Assembly: GCA_001600815.1 (NCBI GenBank)
Contig: BCKZ01000011.1
Location: forward strand, 351,622-415,621
DNA length: 64,000 nucleotides
Reading direction: 5' to 3'
Source: Alloascoidea hylecoeti
Taxonomy: Eukaryota
Below the pieces are notes generated by a model. That model searched no databases, was not told where the DNA came from, and saw nothing but the letters and a program-made list of their open reading frames with translations. Shown here one piece after another: positions 47,807 to 59,893 of this stretch; positions within the stretch are counted from its first letter, which is position 1, and each line of letters begins with the position of its first letter. Position numbers and translations under genes: made by a program.

Positions 47807-48463
47807 TTTAAATTTATAATTTCAGAAAGAAAAAAGGGTAATGTAGAAAAGATGGAGAAGAAAAACAACCGAAGATTTAAGTACCAGAATTAAACCTTAG
47901 ATAGCAAGAAATTTTATGTGAATGACAGAAAGAATATGATACATAATTAAAAATGGCCAATTATGTTAAGTTGAAGAAAATACATGTTTGGACTCTGCAT
48001 AATGTTGTTTCTCTTTTAGGTCTTATTCATATGCACAATGAAAAAATTGGGACATTATTCCATATAATTATATCCAAAATTCTAATTCTTAAATAATTCA
48101 TCATTATTTGTTATTTTAATGCATATCGATATAGTCTATATCCTAATACACTATAAGTTAAATCATGGCGTTTTTACTTCATTTAAATTATATATTAACT
48201 CAAACCAGTATAAATATTACAATCTACTTATATTAAATATAATTCCAACACTTTATTTACTTTTCTTTATAAAACTCATTTAATTAATCTGAAATATCGA
48301 GACGTAAGACACCCTTTTTCATAATTTTAAAATGTAGTTATAATTACATTAGAGCTAGATAATTAATAATCAAAATAAAGAATAAAAAAAACCATGCTTA
48401 GGTTATATGAGAGACTATACATATAAGCTTATAATATATATCATATTCGAATTCATTCAATCT

Positions 48464-49435
48464 TTAGACTTTCTTTGAAACTTTAGCATTTTGAGCAGCC
48501 TTAAACTCTTCCCTCAACTCCAAAGCTTTTAATTTGTATACTTCCTTTTCTGATTCACTTAATGCTTTCCAATCTTCAGCAATACTTTTTATAAAAACTG
48601 ATGCCCTAACACCTTCTGATCCTTCTGATTTTTCCTTAATATAAAGACCAAAAGATGATGTAGGTTTAGGATGTTCAAAATAAGTACCAGTTTTTTTTTC
48701 ATAATCAAGTTTTTCTTTTAAATATTTTTCTTTTTCTTTTGCAGAATTTTTTTGATAAGATTCTTTTTCAAAATTTGATATATTTAACCATGATTTAGAT
48801 ATTTTTGAAAGTAAATCTTTAGTTGGTAATGATGGATTTTCATTTTTAAAAGTTTGATAAACATCTTTAATATATAAATTACTTGCAGAAAGTGGTCTTT
48901 TAGGTGGATTTATAACATATTTTGATTCATAAGCAATCAATTCCTCTTTATAGTTTTTAATGGCTTCATTAAATTTCAATTGGTATGGTTTCTTTTCAGA
49001 ATCAGATAAGGTTTTCCATTCTTGTGCTAAGATTGCAATGTTCTTTGAACCTTTCAAACCACCATTTTCATTCAATTTTTTCTTTAAATAAATTACATAT
49101 GAATTAGTTGGTCGTTTTGGTTTATCGGGAATCTCATCAACACCTAGAATATTTCTTAATGCTTCGTGATTCTTTTGTTCCCTAGCCAATACTTTTTTAT
49201 ACGATTCACGAAGTTCTTGAGATGCTTCCAACCAAGATTTTCTTGCATCCTTCTTATCAAAGGTATAAGTTTTGTCCTTATGTGTGGCAAAATAATCCTT
49301 TACGAAACATTGATAGGCTGTTGTTGGTTTAATGCTTTCAAATGTTTGAACGCGACATAGCGTAGTGGCAGTGGTAAATCTAGCAATATTATTAGGATTA
49401 GCCCGAATTGTAGGCAATAATAAATTTATCATCAT
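48464..49435 (-). CDS. Abf2/TFAM-like mitochondrial HMG-box protein with four boxes, paralog A
   Basis: Basic, acid-free N-terminus; four P(K)RP.S.Y/F...W..LS..EK..Y type repeats. Confidence 0.85.
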   Translation of the reverse strand: MMINLLLPTIRANPNNIARFTTATTLCRVQTFESIKPTTAYQCFVKDYFATHKDKTYTFDKKDARKSWLEASQELRESYKKVLAREQKNHEALRNILGVDEIPDKPKRPTNSYVIYLKKKLNENGGLKGSKNIAILAQEWKTLSDSEKKPYQLKFNEAIKNYKEELIAYESKYVINPPKRPLSASNLYIKDVYQTFKNENPSLPTKDLLSKISKSWLNISNFEKESYQKNSAKEKEKYLKEKLDYEKKTGTYFEHPKPTSSFGLYIKEKSEGSEGVRASVFIKSIAEDWKALSESEKEVYKLKALELREEFKAAQNAKVSKKV

Positions 49436-49657
49436 TTATTCTTATCAATTGATGAACCACAAAATCTAATTGAGCAGAAGTCTGATTAAATAAACGCGTT
49501 TTTGATTTTGGAATCTTCAATTGAACTGAATTAAAGGAGTTTAAAACATAAATAATAGCGGCCCGATATATACGTTCAAATGACTATATTTACGCTCCAA
49601 ATGATAAAAAAAAACGTTTTATTTCTCTTCTATATAATTATTATGTAATTACCTTTT

Positions 49658-50635
49658 CTATGTTTCTTGGGCAGCTTTGAGATCTTTATATTCATCCCAC
49701 AATTTAACAGATTTTTCTTTATACACTGCTTTTTTAGCTGGACTTAATTCTTTCCAATCCTTAGCAATACTTCTTAAAGAATCTTGACGACTTTTACCTT
49801 CTAATTTTCCTGAATTTTCTTTAAAATAGAGACCAAAAGATGATGGAGGTCTAGAAAGTTCAGAGTAAGTACCTGTCTTTTTCTGATATTCTAGTTTTTC
49901 TTTCAAATACTTTTCAGTTTGTTTTTGAGCTTGTTTTTGATATGTTCCCTTTTCACGTTCTGAAAGATTTGCCCATGATTTAGAAATCTTGGTGAACAAT
50001 TCTGCACCTGATAATGATGGATTATCATCTTTGAAAGTTTGATAAGCATCCTTGATATATAAAGCATTTGCAGAAGGAGGAGGTTTAGGGATATTTATCA
50101 CATATTTGGAATTATATTCTGCCAATTCCTCTTTATAATTTTTTACAGCTTTCTCATATTTGGTTTTATATGGTTTCTTTCCTGAATTCGACAACTTTTT
50201 CCAAGCTTCAGCCAATGATACAATCTTTTGAGGACCTTTGACATCGGTTTCTTCAATTGATTTTTCTTTCACAAAAATAGCAAATGGACCACCTGGACTT
50301 TTTGGTTTAGCAGGAATCTCATTAACCCCCAATATATTTTTTAAAGCTTCGTGATTCCTTTTCTCTTTAGCCAATACTTTTTTATACGATTCACGAATCT
50401 CCTGAGATGCTTCAAACCATGATTTTCTTGCGTCTTTCTTATCGAAGCTAAGATTCTTATCCTTATGTGTGGCAAAATAATCCTTTACGAAACATTGATA
50501 GGCAGTTGTAGGCTTCGTGTTTTCAAAGGTTTGGAGACGAAACAATATATTACCAGTGGTGAATGAACGAGACCCAACATGAGTACTTGTTCTCATAGGT
50601 TTAACCAAAACAGCAGATTTTGATAAATTGAGCAT
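49658..50635 (-). CDS. Abf2/TFAM-like mitochondrial HMG-box protein with four boxes, paralog B
   Basis: Presequence-like N-terminus (MLNLSKSAVLVKPMR...RSF); collinear with paralog A. Confidence 0.85.
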   Translation of the reverse strand: MLNLSKSAVLVKPMRTSTHVGSRSFTTGNILFRLQTFENTKPTTAYQCFVKDYFATHKDKNLSFDKKDARKSWFEASQEIRESYKKVLAKEKRNHEALKNILGVNEIPAKPKSPGGPFAIFVKEKSIEETDVKGPQKIVSLAEAWKKLSNSGKKPYKTKYEKAVKNYKEELAEYNSKYVINIPKPPPSANALYIKDAYQTFKDDNPSLSGAELFTKISKSWANLSEREKGTYQKQAQKQTEKYLKEKLEYQKKTGTYSELSRPPSSFGLYFKENSGKLEGKSRQDSLRSIAKDWKELSPAKKAVYKEKSVKLWDEYKDLKAAQET

Positions 50636-51659
50636 TGTTTATTTTAAAAATCTTTTTGTGTCGAAATGGGTCAAGTGTGTAATTCGTTGGTTACTATCGA
50701 TTCCGACATATACGCGTCTATGATGAAATGTACGCATGGAAGGATCTGATAATCCGGGTAACATCCAAGTTATATATTATACGAGCATTTCTTAGTTTCT
50801 TTGATAGCGATCCTCGGATTCTGTTGCGAAATCCAACCATCTGATTACTGATCAGCGGTCGCATTATGGCCGGTAGAGTCGTTCTAGAATTTAAGTTGCT
50901 TTTTATAATTGAATTGACTCTTTCTTATTTATATAATTAGGTGTGTAAGTTGCGTACCCTGATGGTCAAATCCATTATTAATAATAGAAACTTTGGAAAG
51001 ACTTGAAATCAGGTTTTAGTTGGAAACCTTTGCGGTTATATGATACGAAAATGGACTTTTGATATAGTTGATTGGTATAAAACATATTTTCACTTCTTGA
51101 TTGTGCTCTATCATAGCCGGAGTTAAGACATGATTGTGTGCTATAATGTGCGGAGTTAAGCTGTGATCAACAAGGTCCGCTGAATTCCCGAAGAGAGACC
51201 TTACGATTATCGGTATAGTCGCGATTGTTTATTCATAAATAATAACTGCGAAAACGAAAATACCGTAATGGTATAATGCAACCGAAAAACACGTTATAAT
51301 TATACTCACAAATACATAAGTTAACAGCAACCAACAAAGCACTGCTAACGTTATAAATAAGAAGTTAATGGCTTATAGTACTTCTTGACAGCTGTATTAT
51401 TCTCAAAAAGTAATTGTATGATGCTTCGTACTGGTATCAATGATAAATAAGTCAATATAAGATCTTAGAAGAAATCAGAATATATTCGATATAACATTAA
51501 TTAAACTTAAAATTATAATTATATAAAACCCCAACAGTCTTTAAATTCTATTTAACTTGGCTGATATTCTAAATCTACAAAAATACTTTTCAAATTCCCA
51601 CACCATATAAATATAAAAATACATACCATATACTATATATTCAACTTAAGTTTTTAACC

Positions 51660-52451
51660 ATGTATAATGGGAATCCGCCTAAATATGAGCTACAAAAATG
51701 TGATTGTGTTGGAAACATGAATGTCTGCTTTCCCCATGGTAGCAGTACGAATCATTTGGACGTAAACATTTTGAATTCAATGAAATTATCCAAAATTCAC
51801 GATCGCGAGTCAACTAATCGTAATACACAAGAAAACCAGCCATTAAAACATACAGAACCAAACAAGAGCAGTACAATAAATCCTGATATTACTAGTGCCG
51901 AGCAAAACCCGAAGGAAGCAGGGACAAACTTAAGCTTAAGCTTCTGCAGTAGTCCGTCACAATCATTAACATTTACAATGGACGAGGCGGCGTCATCCTC
52001 CCAACCCTCGCCGAATACCCAAACTAGTATACCTTCTACTAACAATACTAGTGTTCAAGAGCATATGTATTCTTGTTGCCATACTCCTCTCTCTTCTCCA
52101 AAATGTGGGAATATATGCCCTGATCTGTTACAACTGTTAATGGCGCATAATCAAAATCACCATACTATTAGAGGGCCACATCACCATCACTTAATTACAC
52201 GACGGAGGATTAAAGGAAAAAATACAATATCTTTAATACCGATGACTGAAGAACAGATTCAAAAATACACTAAACATAATAATATTAATCCTTGCAACTG
52301 TCAAAGTCATGATCATAAAAAAAATGTAAAAACACAAAATCAAGATCAAGAAGAAGAAAAAAATCTTTCCGTTAATTCAACATCTAGATCTATATCAAAT
52401 AATGAAAACATTACATGTACAAAAATTACAACTAATAATAACAATAATAAC

Positions 52452-52483
<32 letters not shown>

Positions 52484-53393
52484 GGATGATTTCCATCTTA
52501 AAGAACAAGAAATTTTAAAAAATAATTCACAAATTTCAAATGCAATTATATATGCAAATATATTCCCAAGATTTCATCTGGGTTCGATTTTATATTCTAG
52601 TTATAAGTCATTATCATCATCATCATCATCTAATAAAAATAATGAATCAAATCTAAATCCCATAATATCAAAAATCAAAAGTTTAAATCTATTAAATAAA
52701 TTAAATGGATTATTACAAATTAGAATAGAAAGAAAATATTTAACAGTATTAAATAACAACAATAATAATAATGAAAATGATAATTTAATATGGGGAACTA
52801 ATGTTTATAGTATTTATAGTGATATTATATTAGTTTTACAACATGCTGGATATTTATTTAAAGATAATAAAGGTAAAACAATAATTTCGAATATAAATTC
52901 AAATATAAATTCAAATTCAAATTCAAATTCATATAATATCAGTAACTCAAATTCAATTTTAAATCAAAAAAATTTACCAAAAGTTCAAATTGATGGCTTA
53001 AAATTTAAAGAAAATGGTGATTTAGTTGTAACGATTCAAATATTACCAAAATTAGAATCATATTTTGGTAGCTTTCAAAATAATTTAAAATCAAATTCTT
53101 TATCAATTAATTCAAATTATAATAATGTTTCATTCTGTATTTATAAATTATCATTCATACCCTTTGGTAAAGCTTTAGAAATTGGTCATGAAGCAAGAAA
53201 AAGAAGATTAAATGAAACTAATGAAATATTAGTTGAAGAAAATAATAGTCTTAATGATAGTAAGAACAATGATGAAAGTACTACAGCTATCCACAATAAA
53301 AATAATAATGAAAATACTGCGAAAAAATACAGGATTAAAACAAAGGATGAGAAGAAAATTGTACAAAATGTATTAAAGGATACGATAAGTTGA
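51660..53393 (+). CDS. Divergent Rxt3-domain protein
   Basis: FPRFHLGSILY, IWGTNVYSIYSDIILVLQHAG, DLVVTIQILPKLESYFGSFQNNLKS. Confidence 0.75.
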
Positions 53394-53685
53394 ATAAATA
53401 TTGTGATTAACTAATTTTATTGATAGCTACCAATGTATATAATTCCTTCTTTTTTATACTAATTATGAATTCGAAAGAGATTCGATTAGAATAGAATACT
53501 CTTTTTCATTTTTGAAGATGAGGTTTCAACTTACTTGAAATTGCTACATATTAATGTTACGCATATCAGTGCCAATTAGTGTACTTTTTGTATAAAACTA
53601 TATAAAGCTATACTTATCATAATCATGATCATTAAAATTATATATAATTTATAATTTTTTGAGTATTTATTTACATCGATATAAT

Positions 53686-55875
53686 TCATTGACTAACAAC
53701 AAATTTTGGAGTTGTATTGTTATTATTATTATTATTTTCACTACCACCATGACCATCAAAATAATCACAATAACTATGATCTTTATCATTTATTTCACAT
53801 TCTTTTCTCATTTCAGCTAATTCATTTAATCTTTTTTTTTTATTAATATGACCCATACCTTCAATAATACTTGAATTTTTTAAAACAAATTTTAATCTTA
53901 AAATTTTAAAACTTACTCCATCATGTTTAATTAACCAATTTCTTGAATTTAAATTATTTCTAAAACATCCAATATAATTTTTTAATGTTGGTAAGATTTG
54001 AATTGTTACTATACAATCACCTGTATATTTATATTGTTTACCAATTATTTCAATTTCATTATCATTTTCATTGTCATTGCTATTTTCGTTATGTTTAATT
54101 TGTGTTGATTTATTTGTATCATTTTTCACTATTGATTTATTCTTTATTTTAATGCTAATTTTATTATTTTCTTTTGAATTTTCCTTTTCATTTCCTAATT
54201 CTTTACCTTTACCCTTTAAATTTATTTTTTCATTACTCTTATTAGCATCATTATCATTATTTAAAATTCCAGTATGAATTAAAGCACAAACTAAATCACT
54301 ATCATCAGTATAAATATCAGTGCCCCAAATCTCTCTATTTTTAACTTTATCATTATTCCTATTTAAATATTTCCTTTCAATATGAATTGATAAAGTCGAA
54401 TTAATAAACTGATTTAAATCTGAAGGTAATAAAGGAATTTCTTTTAATATTGTAAATAATAAATTTTCATCTTTATTTTTATCTTTATTATTATTAATAT
54501 TGATATTTTGATATATTTTATAATTTGAATTTGATGGTAATAATTTTATATATTCATGTGGTTTATATCTAATTGATCCTAAATGATACCTTGGAAATTT
54601 TGAAGCAATTAATAATGCTGAATTATTATTTACAATTATTTCATGTTTATGATGTTTTTTCTTTGGTTTAATAATTTGTTGTTCTTCAATTGATGATTCA
54701 TTTATTATTTGTTGATCAGAATTTATAGATTTATTAAATTTATTAATATATCCTGAAGTAGATTGAGTATTTTGATCAGTTAAAGTTGATGTTATATTAC
54801 GTTTCTTCAAATGTGGTGATGTCTGTTGTTGGGTTTGGGTTTGCTGGGTTGGTAAAATTACTGATTGTTGTTGTTGTTGTTGTTGATATTGATGGTAAGC
54901 TTGATTTTGATTTTGATTTTGATTTTGATTTTGATTTTGATTTTGATTTTGATTTTGGTTTTGATTTTGGTTTTGGTTTTGGTTTTGAGTATCTTGTGGA
55001 TCTTTTATCGTAATAGATGATCTGAAAGCGTTTGGAATTGATTGACTTTGTTGATGCCTGTCGATCATATCATCAAAGGGCATTGATGGTAAATGATGAG
55101 CATTTCTATTTCTGTCAATATTTCGATTTCGTTTTTCAGTTTCAATTTCATTATTAGTAATAGCGGTACTCACCGTAAGAGGGGATGAAGACGATGATAA
55201 AATAATCGGAGGTTGTAACGAAGTTTTATGGTGGTGATGGTGTTGATGTCCCATGTGAGGCGTATTGTTTGGAATTGAGTTACTATGATGATGTGAGATC
55301 CCTGTAGAAGAAGAATTTCTTTCCCGATGAGGTTTTTCACGATGAAGTTGTTCAGAACCAGAACCACCAGAATTAACTCTTTTGGGTCCTATCTGCTGTG
55401 CCAGAATTGGTGAAGATGAATTTGGAGATCCAGAGTTGATGGTATTCTGTATGAACCCTAGACTCGGCAAATGAATCCCGACACCGCTAGAAGCTGAGGA
55501 TGGTTGTGAAGTCCCGCTGTAGTTTCCATAGTTTGTGTTTGTTGGTCTGGAATATATCAGATTTGGTGAATAGCTGCTTTGACTCGAAGGATTTGTAGCA
55601 GGGACAGGAACAGGAACAGGAACAGGGGGCGAGGAAATCGTTGTAATCAAGCCATTAATCGGACTTACACCATTTGAGGAAATATGATTATTCTGAATTT
55701 GGTTTTGATTTTTATTCTGGCTTTGATTTGAGCCGATTGAAGATATTGAAGATATGGAGGAAATGGGTGGAAGCCGTATCGATTGTTTATGACCTTGTTG
55801 TACCTGTGTCCTATTTGTTGAAGAAGCGGAAAAGGAGGAAATATGAGGAAGATTTATTCCATTTTGATCGGACAT
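53686..55875 (-). CDS. RXT3: Rpd3L histone deacetylase complex subunit
   Basis: Canonical IWGTDIYTDDSDLVCALIHTG, ILPTL.NY.G.FRN..NSRNW...HDGVSF; QN hexamer repeat at about 54901-54987. Confidence 0.88.
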   Translation of the reverse strand: MSDQNGINLPHISSFSASSTNRTQVQQGHKQSIRLPPISSISSISSIGSNQSQNKNQNQIQNNHISSNGVSPINGLITTISSPPVPVPVPVPATNPSSQSSYSPNLIYSRPTNTNYGNYSGTSQPSSASSGVGIHLPSLGFIQNTINSGSPNSSSPILAQQIGPKRVNSGGSGSEQLHREKPHRERNSSSTGISHHHSNSIPNNTPHMGHQHHHHHKTSLQPPIILSSSSSPLTVSTAITNNEIETEKRNRNIDRNRNAHHLPSMPFDDMIDRHQQSQSIPNAFRSSITIKDPQDTQNQNQNQNQNQNQNQNQNQNQNQNQNQNQAYHQYQQQQQQQSVILPTQQTQTQQQTSPHLKKRNITSTLTDQNTQSTSGYINKFNKSINSDQQIINESSIEEQQIIKPKKKHHKHEIIVNNNSALLIASKFPRYHLGSIRYKPHEYIKLLPSNSNYKIYQNININNNKDKNKDENLLFTILKEIPLLPSDLNQFINSTLSIHIERKYLNRNNDKVKNREIWGTDIYTDDSDLVCALIHTGILNNDNDANKSNEKINLKGKGKELGNEKENSKENNKISIKIKNKSIVKNDTNKSTQIKHNENSNDNENDNEIEIIGKQYKYTGDCIVTIQILPTLKNYIGCFRNNLNSRNWLIKHDGVSFKILRLKFVLKNSSIIEGMGHINKKKRLNELAEMRKECEINDKDHSYCDYFDGHGGSENNNNNNNTTPKFVVSQ

Positions 55876-56456
55876 TTTTAATTAACTTGATGATTAAATT
55901 TTTATTTGAAATAAAAGAAGTTTCTCCAGTTATTTTTAAGTGTTTTAGTTTTTTCAGTTGATTTTATTCTTTTTTTATTTTTATGATATATTTTCACTTC
56001 AAAATTGAAGGTTTAAATTTGTCTGCATAACTGCAACCACAAACTGTGTTTGTTAAATAATTATAACTTATCCTTGTAGTATTTATTTTCAACTTCCTTC
56101 TAATTAAAATCGTTATAATCATTTAATATTATTTTTTCATTGGAAAACATTTTTTCATCTCCCTAAAATGTCACTAATAAATTTTATATTTAGCCGTGAA
56201 CTTTAACCTTGATTCGGTCAAATACAGTTTACCATACATCGCCGATTATTCATCAAAAAGTGACACAGTATTTGGTTTAAAAAGTAGCCGAAATTAAGTG
56301 TAATGAGTATGCAATAACATAAAAACTAACAAATAATATATTTATAAGAAGTATCAAAACTTATATAATAAACCAACAAAACAAAACAAAAATGAATATG
56401 TACAAATATATTTATATAATAGTTATAATTAGAGCGTTCTTTATTTTTTTCTCCTT

Positions 56457-59456
56457 CTATTTCTCGTTATTTTCTTCTTCTTTCTCCTTATCTTCCTTTG
56501 CGTCTTCCTTTGCATCTTCCACTTTTTTCTTATAATCAATATTTTCCCTAAATGTAATCTTTCCATTGTTAACATTCGGTATATTCAATGGACTTGAAAT
56601 GCTAACAGGAATAAAAATCTTTGGCATTGAAACTCTTGAAAATCTACTTCTTAATCTTTGTGCAATAACAAACATATCTAAATGACTTGTTAATGAGAAT
56701 TTCGGAATACATGATATATAATGTCTTGCATCCAATTGAATATCTAATGGATCTTGTGTATGACAACCGGGTGAAAAACTTAATCTAATTGAATGATTTT
56801 TAACTTCTGTAACGGGATCTGTTGATTCATATAATTCAAAAACAATTTGTGATAAATAATCTAATTCTGGTAGTGCATTTCTTGCAATTTTTGTTGGAAT
56901 TCTTGATTCATAAATAACATTTAATAAAGTATAAATATGTGATTCTTTTGTAAAATACATTATTGTTGATGCTGTTTCACGTTCTTTCATATATTGAATA
57001 TCTTGTAAAATTTGTTTTGCTAATGGTAATGAAGTTAATAAACCAATATCTAGTTTTTCTGCATCTTCAATACCATATTCTTGTGGACAAACAAAATCAA
57101 ATAAAACTTTTGCTAATCGATATAATTCTCTTAATTTTCTTAAATTTGGACTATCAAATGGTGAATTTGAATTAACTTGTCCTGTAACAGGATGATGTTT
57201 TAATCTTGATGAATTATTTAAAACCCATCCAAGTGATCCAGCACTTGATTCTGTTGTACCTGAAGAACTTAAATTATTTTTAACCATTTCTGATATTCTA
57301 AAATTATTAACTGCTAATAAATTAATTGGATAATAATTCATTAAACCATCTGAACATCTACGATCTAATTCAATTTCTTCTTCACCAAATAATGTTTTAT
57401 CAGTTTCAAATATACCTGCTAAAAATCGTCTGTTATGTAAAGCATCATGTTTCATTGTATCATATAATTCTGAAATTTTTGATGGATCAAATTTTTCTAA
57501 ACATGAAAATTCTTTAAATAATTTATCCCATCTTTCTTTAAATAAACTTGAATCTTCATCACAACACCATTTTGGTTGTAAATTTTCAACATCTTTTACT
57601 TTAAAATTATGTTCAACAACTTTTTGTAAAAAAATCATAATTTCAACAACTCTTTTAATAACAAAATATGGTTCTGGCATTTTTGGTGGCCAAGCAAATT
57701 GTGATGGTGCTTCAGTACCTTCTCTTAACAATGGTTTTAATTTTTTTTTAACTTTATCCATTAAATCTTTTGCAGCATTTGAATCATCTAATAAATCTTT
57801 TCTAATATGTAAAAAATCATCTGGTACTTCGGATTTATCTAAAAATCCTGCTGCCCATAATTTTGCACTTGCAACAACTCTTCTTTCACTTGATGTGAAA
57901 ACTTTAACATCATCTAAACCTGCTTTATTTAATAATAATAAATCTTGTCTCATTTGTGTACCTAAATCGGTTGCTTGATACATTGCTGAATGAGTTGGTT
58001 CACCGCCCCATTTTATAATTAATTGAACTTTTTCAACTTCTTTTTTCATTGTGTCAGAATTAATTTTTAAAACTGGTTTTAATTGAACTTTTGTACCAGG
58101 AAAATTCATTTTTTTTTCTAATGCTGAACGTAATTGTAATAATTTTTCATCATCTTCAATTTTTTTTAATTGAGCTAATTTAACAGTTGATAATATAACT
58201 TTTAAATCATTTTTATTCCTAATTATAACTTCTTCTAAATGACCATTTAATAAATTTATAAACAAAGAACTTTTGAATGAAAATTTAAATTTTTGTTTTG
58301 GTGTTCTATCCGCATGTCTAACAATATTAACTTGACCTTTAAAAATCCATTTTTGTAATTTTTCTTCTTTTTTAATAATTGGTTTTTTAATAAATGTTGA
58401 TTCAAATTTATTATGTATTTCTCTTTTTAATTTTTCAGTTTTAAATAAGTTTGATAAAATATTTGCACAATTATCATAATAATCTTGATTATCTTTGACA
58501 AATGAAAATCCATTAACATCAATAACATACGATTTACTATTAACTCTTAATAAATCAAATCCACATATAGTTTGACTAAAAGCCTTTGAAACATTTTGAG
58601 CAATTTGTTTTTCTTTATCTGTTAATAAAGTAACATATCTAACTTCTTTACCATGAGTATTTCTTCTAACAATACCATCAACCACAGGTGATTTTCGTGT
58701 TTCTGCATGACAAAAATTTGGGCCAACAGTATATGCTTTAACATCTTCAAAATTATCAGTATTCATAAATTTTTCATAAATATAAGAACCATTAGTTCTT
58801 GGCATTGATATAGTTGGATCAAATTCAGAACTTTTATTACCAACTTTCCGAAATAATCTTCTGCCACCACCACCATTTTCAGTATGATAATAAATATAAA
58901 CATTATGATCTTCACCATCAACAGGTTTTTCAACAAAAGGTTTTTTTAAAATTTGTCCTTCAACACATAAAGTATCATTATCTAACATTTCCCATTTTGG
59001 TTCATTAATTTTTTCAACTTTAACACCATGTTCTAATAATTTTGTTTTCATTACTTCATCACATCTTGGACCACCATCACGAGAAATTTCAAGGCGATGA
59101 GGAGTTGGTACATTATTAGCTTCCAATAAATTTAAAACTAATCTTCTATCCCATAAGATCTTTTGCATAACTAAATCATTAATAATAAAAGGTTTTCTTA
59201 AATTAACATAAGAAATTGCTTTTTCTAATGGGAAACCTCTTGAAAAAAAAGATATTAAAAAATCACAAGTTGGCCAATTTTCAATAGATTCATCAAGTAT
59301 AACTTTATCACCAAATATAATTGTTTCAAAATCACCATTCTGAATTAATCTACCAAGTATATGTCTCATTGGTTTACTACGAACTTTTGCATCCATAGCA
59401 CATACGCCAATTTTACCAATTTTTGGAGTTTGTCTTTGTTCATTTTCAGTAGTCAT
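56457..59456 (-). CDS. VIP1: Inositol hexakisphosphate / diphosphoinositol-pentakisphosphate kinase
   Basis: GVCAMDAKVRSKP, ATP-grasp kinase (DVKAY, HAETRKSP, DVNGFSFVK) and RHADRTPKQK histidine-phosphatase domain. Confidence 0.97.
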   Translation of the reverse strand: MTTENEQRQTPKIGKIGVCAMDAKVRSKPMRHILGRLIQNGDFETIIFGDKVILDESIENWPTCDFLISFFSRGFPLEKAISYVNLRKPFIINDLVMQKILWDRRLVLNLLEANNVPTPHRLEISRDGGPRCDEVMKTKLLEHGVKVEKINEPKWEMLDNDTLCVEGQILKKPFVEKPVDGEDHNVYIYYHTENGGGGRRLFRKVGNKSSEFDPTISMPRTNGSYIYEKFMNTDNFEDVKAYTVGPNFCHAETRKSPVVDGIVRRNTHGKEVRYVTLLTDKEKQIAQNVSKAFSQTICGFDLLRVNSKSYVIDVNGFSFVKDNQDYYDNCANILSNLFKTEKLKREIHNKFESTFIKKPIIKKEEKLQKWIFKGQVNIVRHADRTPKQKFKFSFKSSLFINLLNGHLEEVIIRNKNDLKVILSTVKLAQLKKIEDDEKLLQLRSALEKKMNFPGTKVQLKPVLKINSDTMKKEVEKVQLIIKWGGEPTHSAMYQATDLGTQMRQDLLLLNKAGLDDVKVFTSSERRVVASAKLWAAGFLDKSEVPDDFLHIRKDLLDDSNAAKDLMDKVKKKLKPLLREGTEAPSQFAWPPKMPEPYFVIKRVVEIMIFLQKVVEHNFKVKDVENLQPKWCCDEDSSLFKERWDKLFKEFSCLEKFDPSKISELYDTMKHDALHNRRFLAGIFETDKTLFGEEEIELDRRCSDGLMNYYPINLLAVNNFRISEMVKNNLSSSGTTESSAGSLGWVLNNSSRLKHHPVTGQVNSNSPFDSPNLRKLRELYRLAKVLFDFVCPQEYGIEDAEKLDIGLLTSLPLAKQILQDIQYMKERETASTIMYFTKESHIYTLLNVIYESRIPTKIARNALPELDYLSQIVFELYESTDPVTEVKNHSIRLSFSPGCHTQDPLDIQLDARHYISCIPKFSLTSHLDMFVIAQRLRSRFSRVSMPKIFIPVSISSPLNIPNVNNGKITFRENIDYKKKVEDAKEDAKEDKEKEEENNEK

Positions 59457-59893
59457 ATTATATAAATGAAATAAAATGAAAAAAAAAAGTAGCTATAATA
59501 ATAATAATAAATATAATAAAATAAAATATAATAGATATCAAATAAAATTAAGTTTTCTTAATTATAATAAAAATTTGAAAGTTTTAACGATCAAAATTTA
59601 TAGTCAATAATAATCTTCTCTTTAATATTTTATAGTTGAACCGTTGATATTTATAAATATTGTTGTTGTTGTCGATTAATTAACAAACGAGCGATTTAAT
59701 ATTAATTCCTTAACGGTGGGTGGACATAAAGAATTTTTATTTTAGGTTGAAATAAAACGGCTAAAATATAAAGCAATTGACTGGTACAGGTAGGGTAACC
59801 ATAACATGGGTTAAAAGAAAAATAATCCATACAATGAAAATCAAATTTTAAAAATTAGTATATTAAATTTCTATAGTACAATTATTTACATAA

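Noticed and set aside
51099..51160. Short direct repeat ending CGGAGTTAAG
   Set aside because: Only two copies; may be transcription factor sites but cannot be assigned; not a CRISPR-like array
52432..54987. (AAT)n and (TTGATT)n microsatellites
   Set aside because: Ordinary Asn and Gln-Asn low-complexity coding tracts in the Rxt3 proteins
11167..59008. Many 60-115-aa track ORFs antisense or out of frame to real genes
   Set aside because: Shadow ORFs of AT-rich coding sequence without motifs
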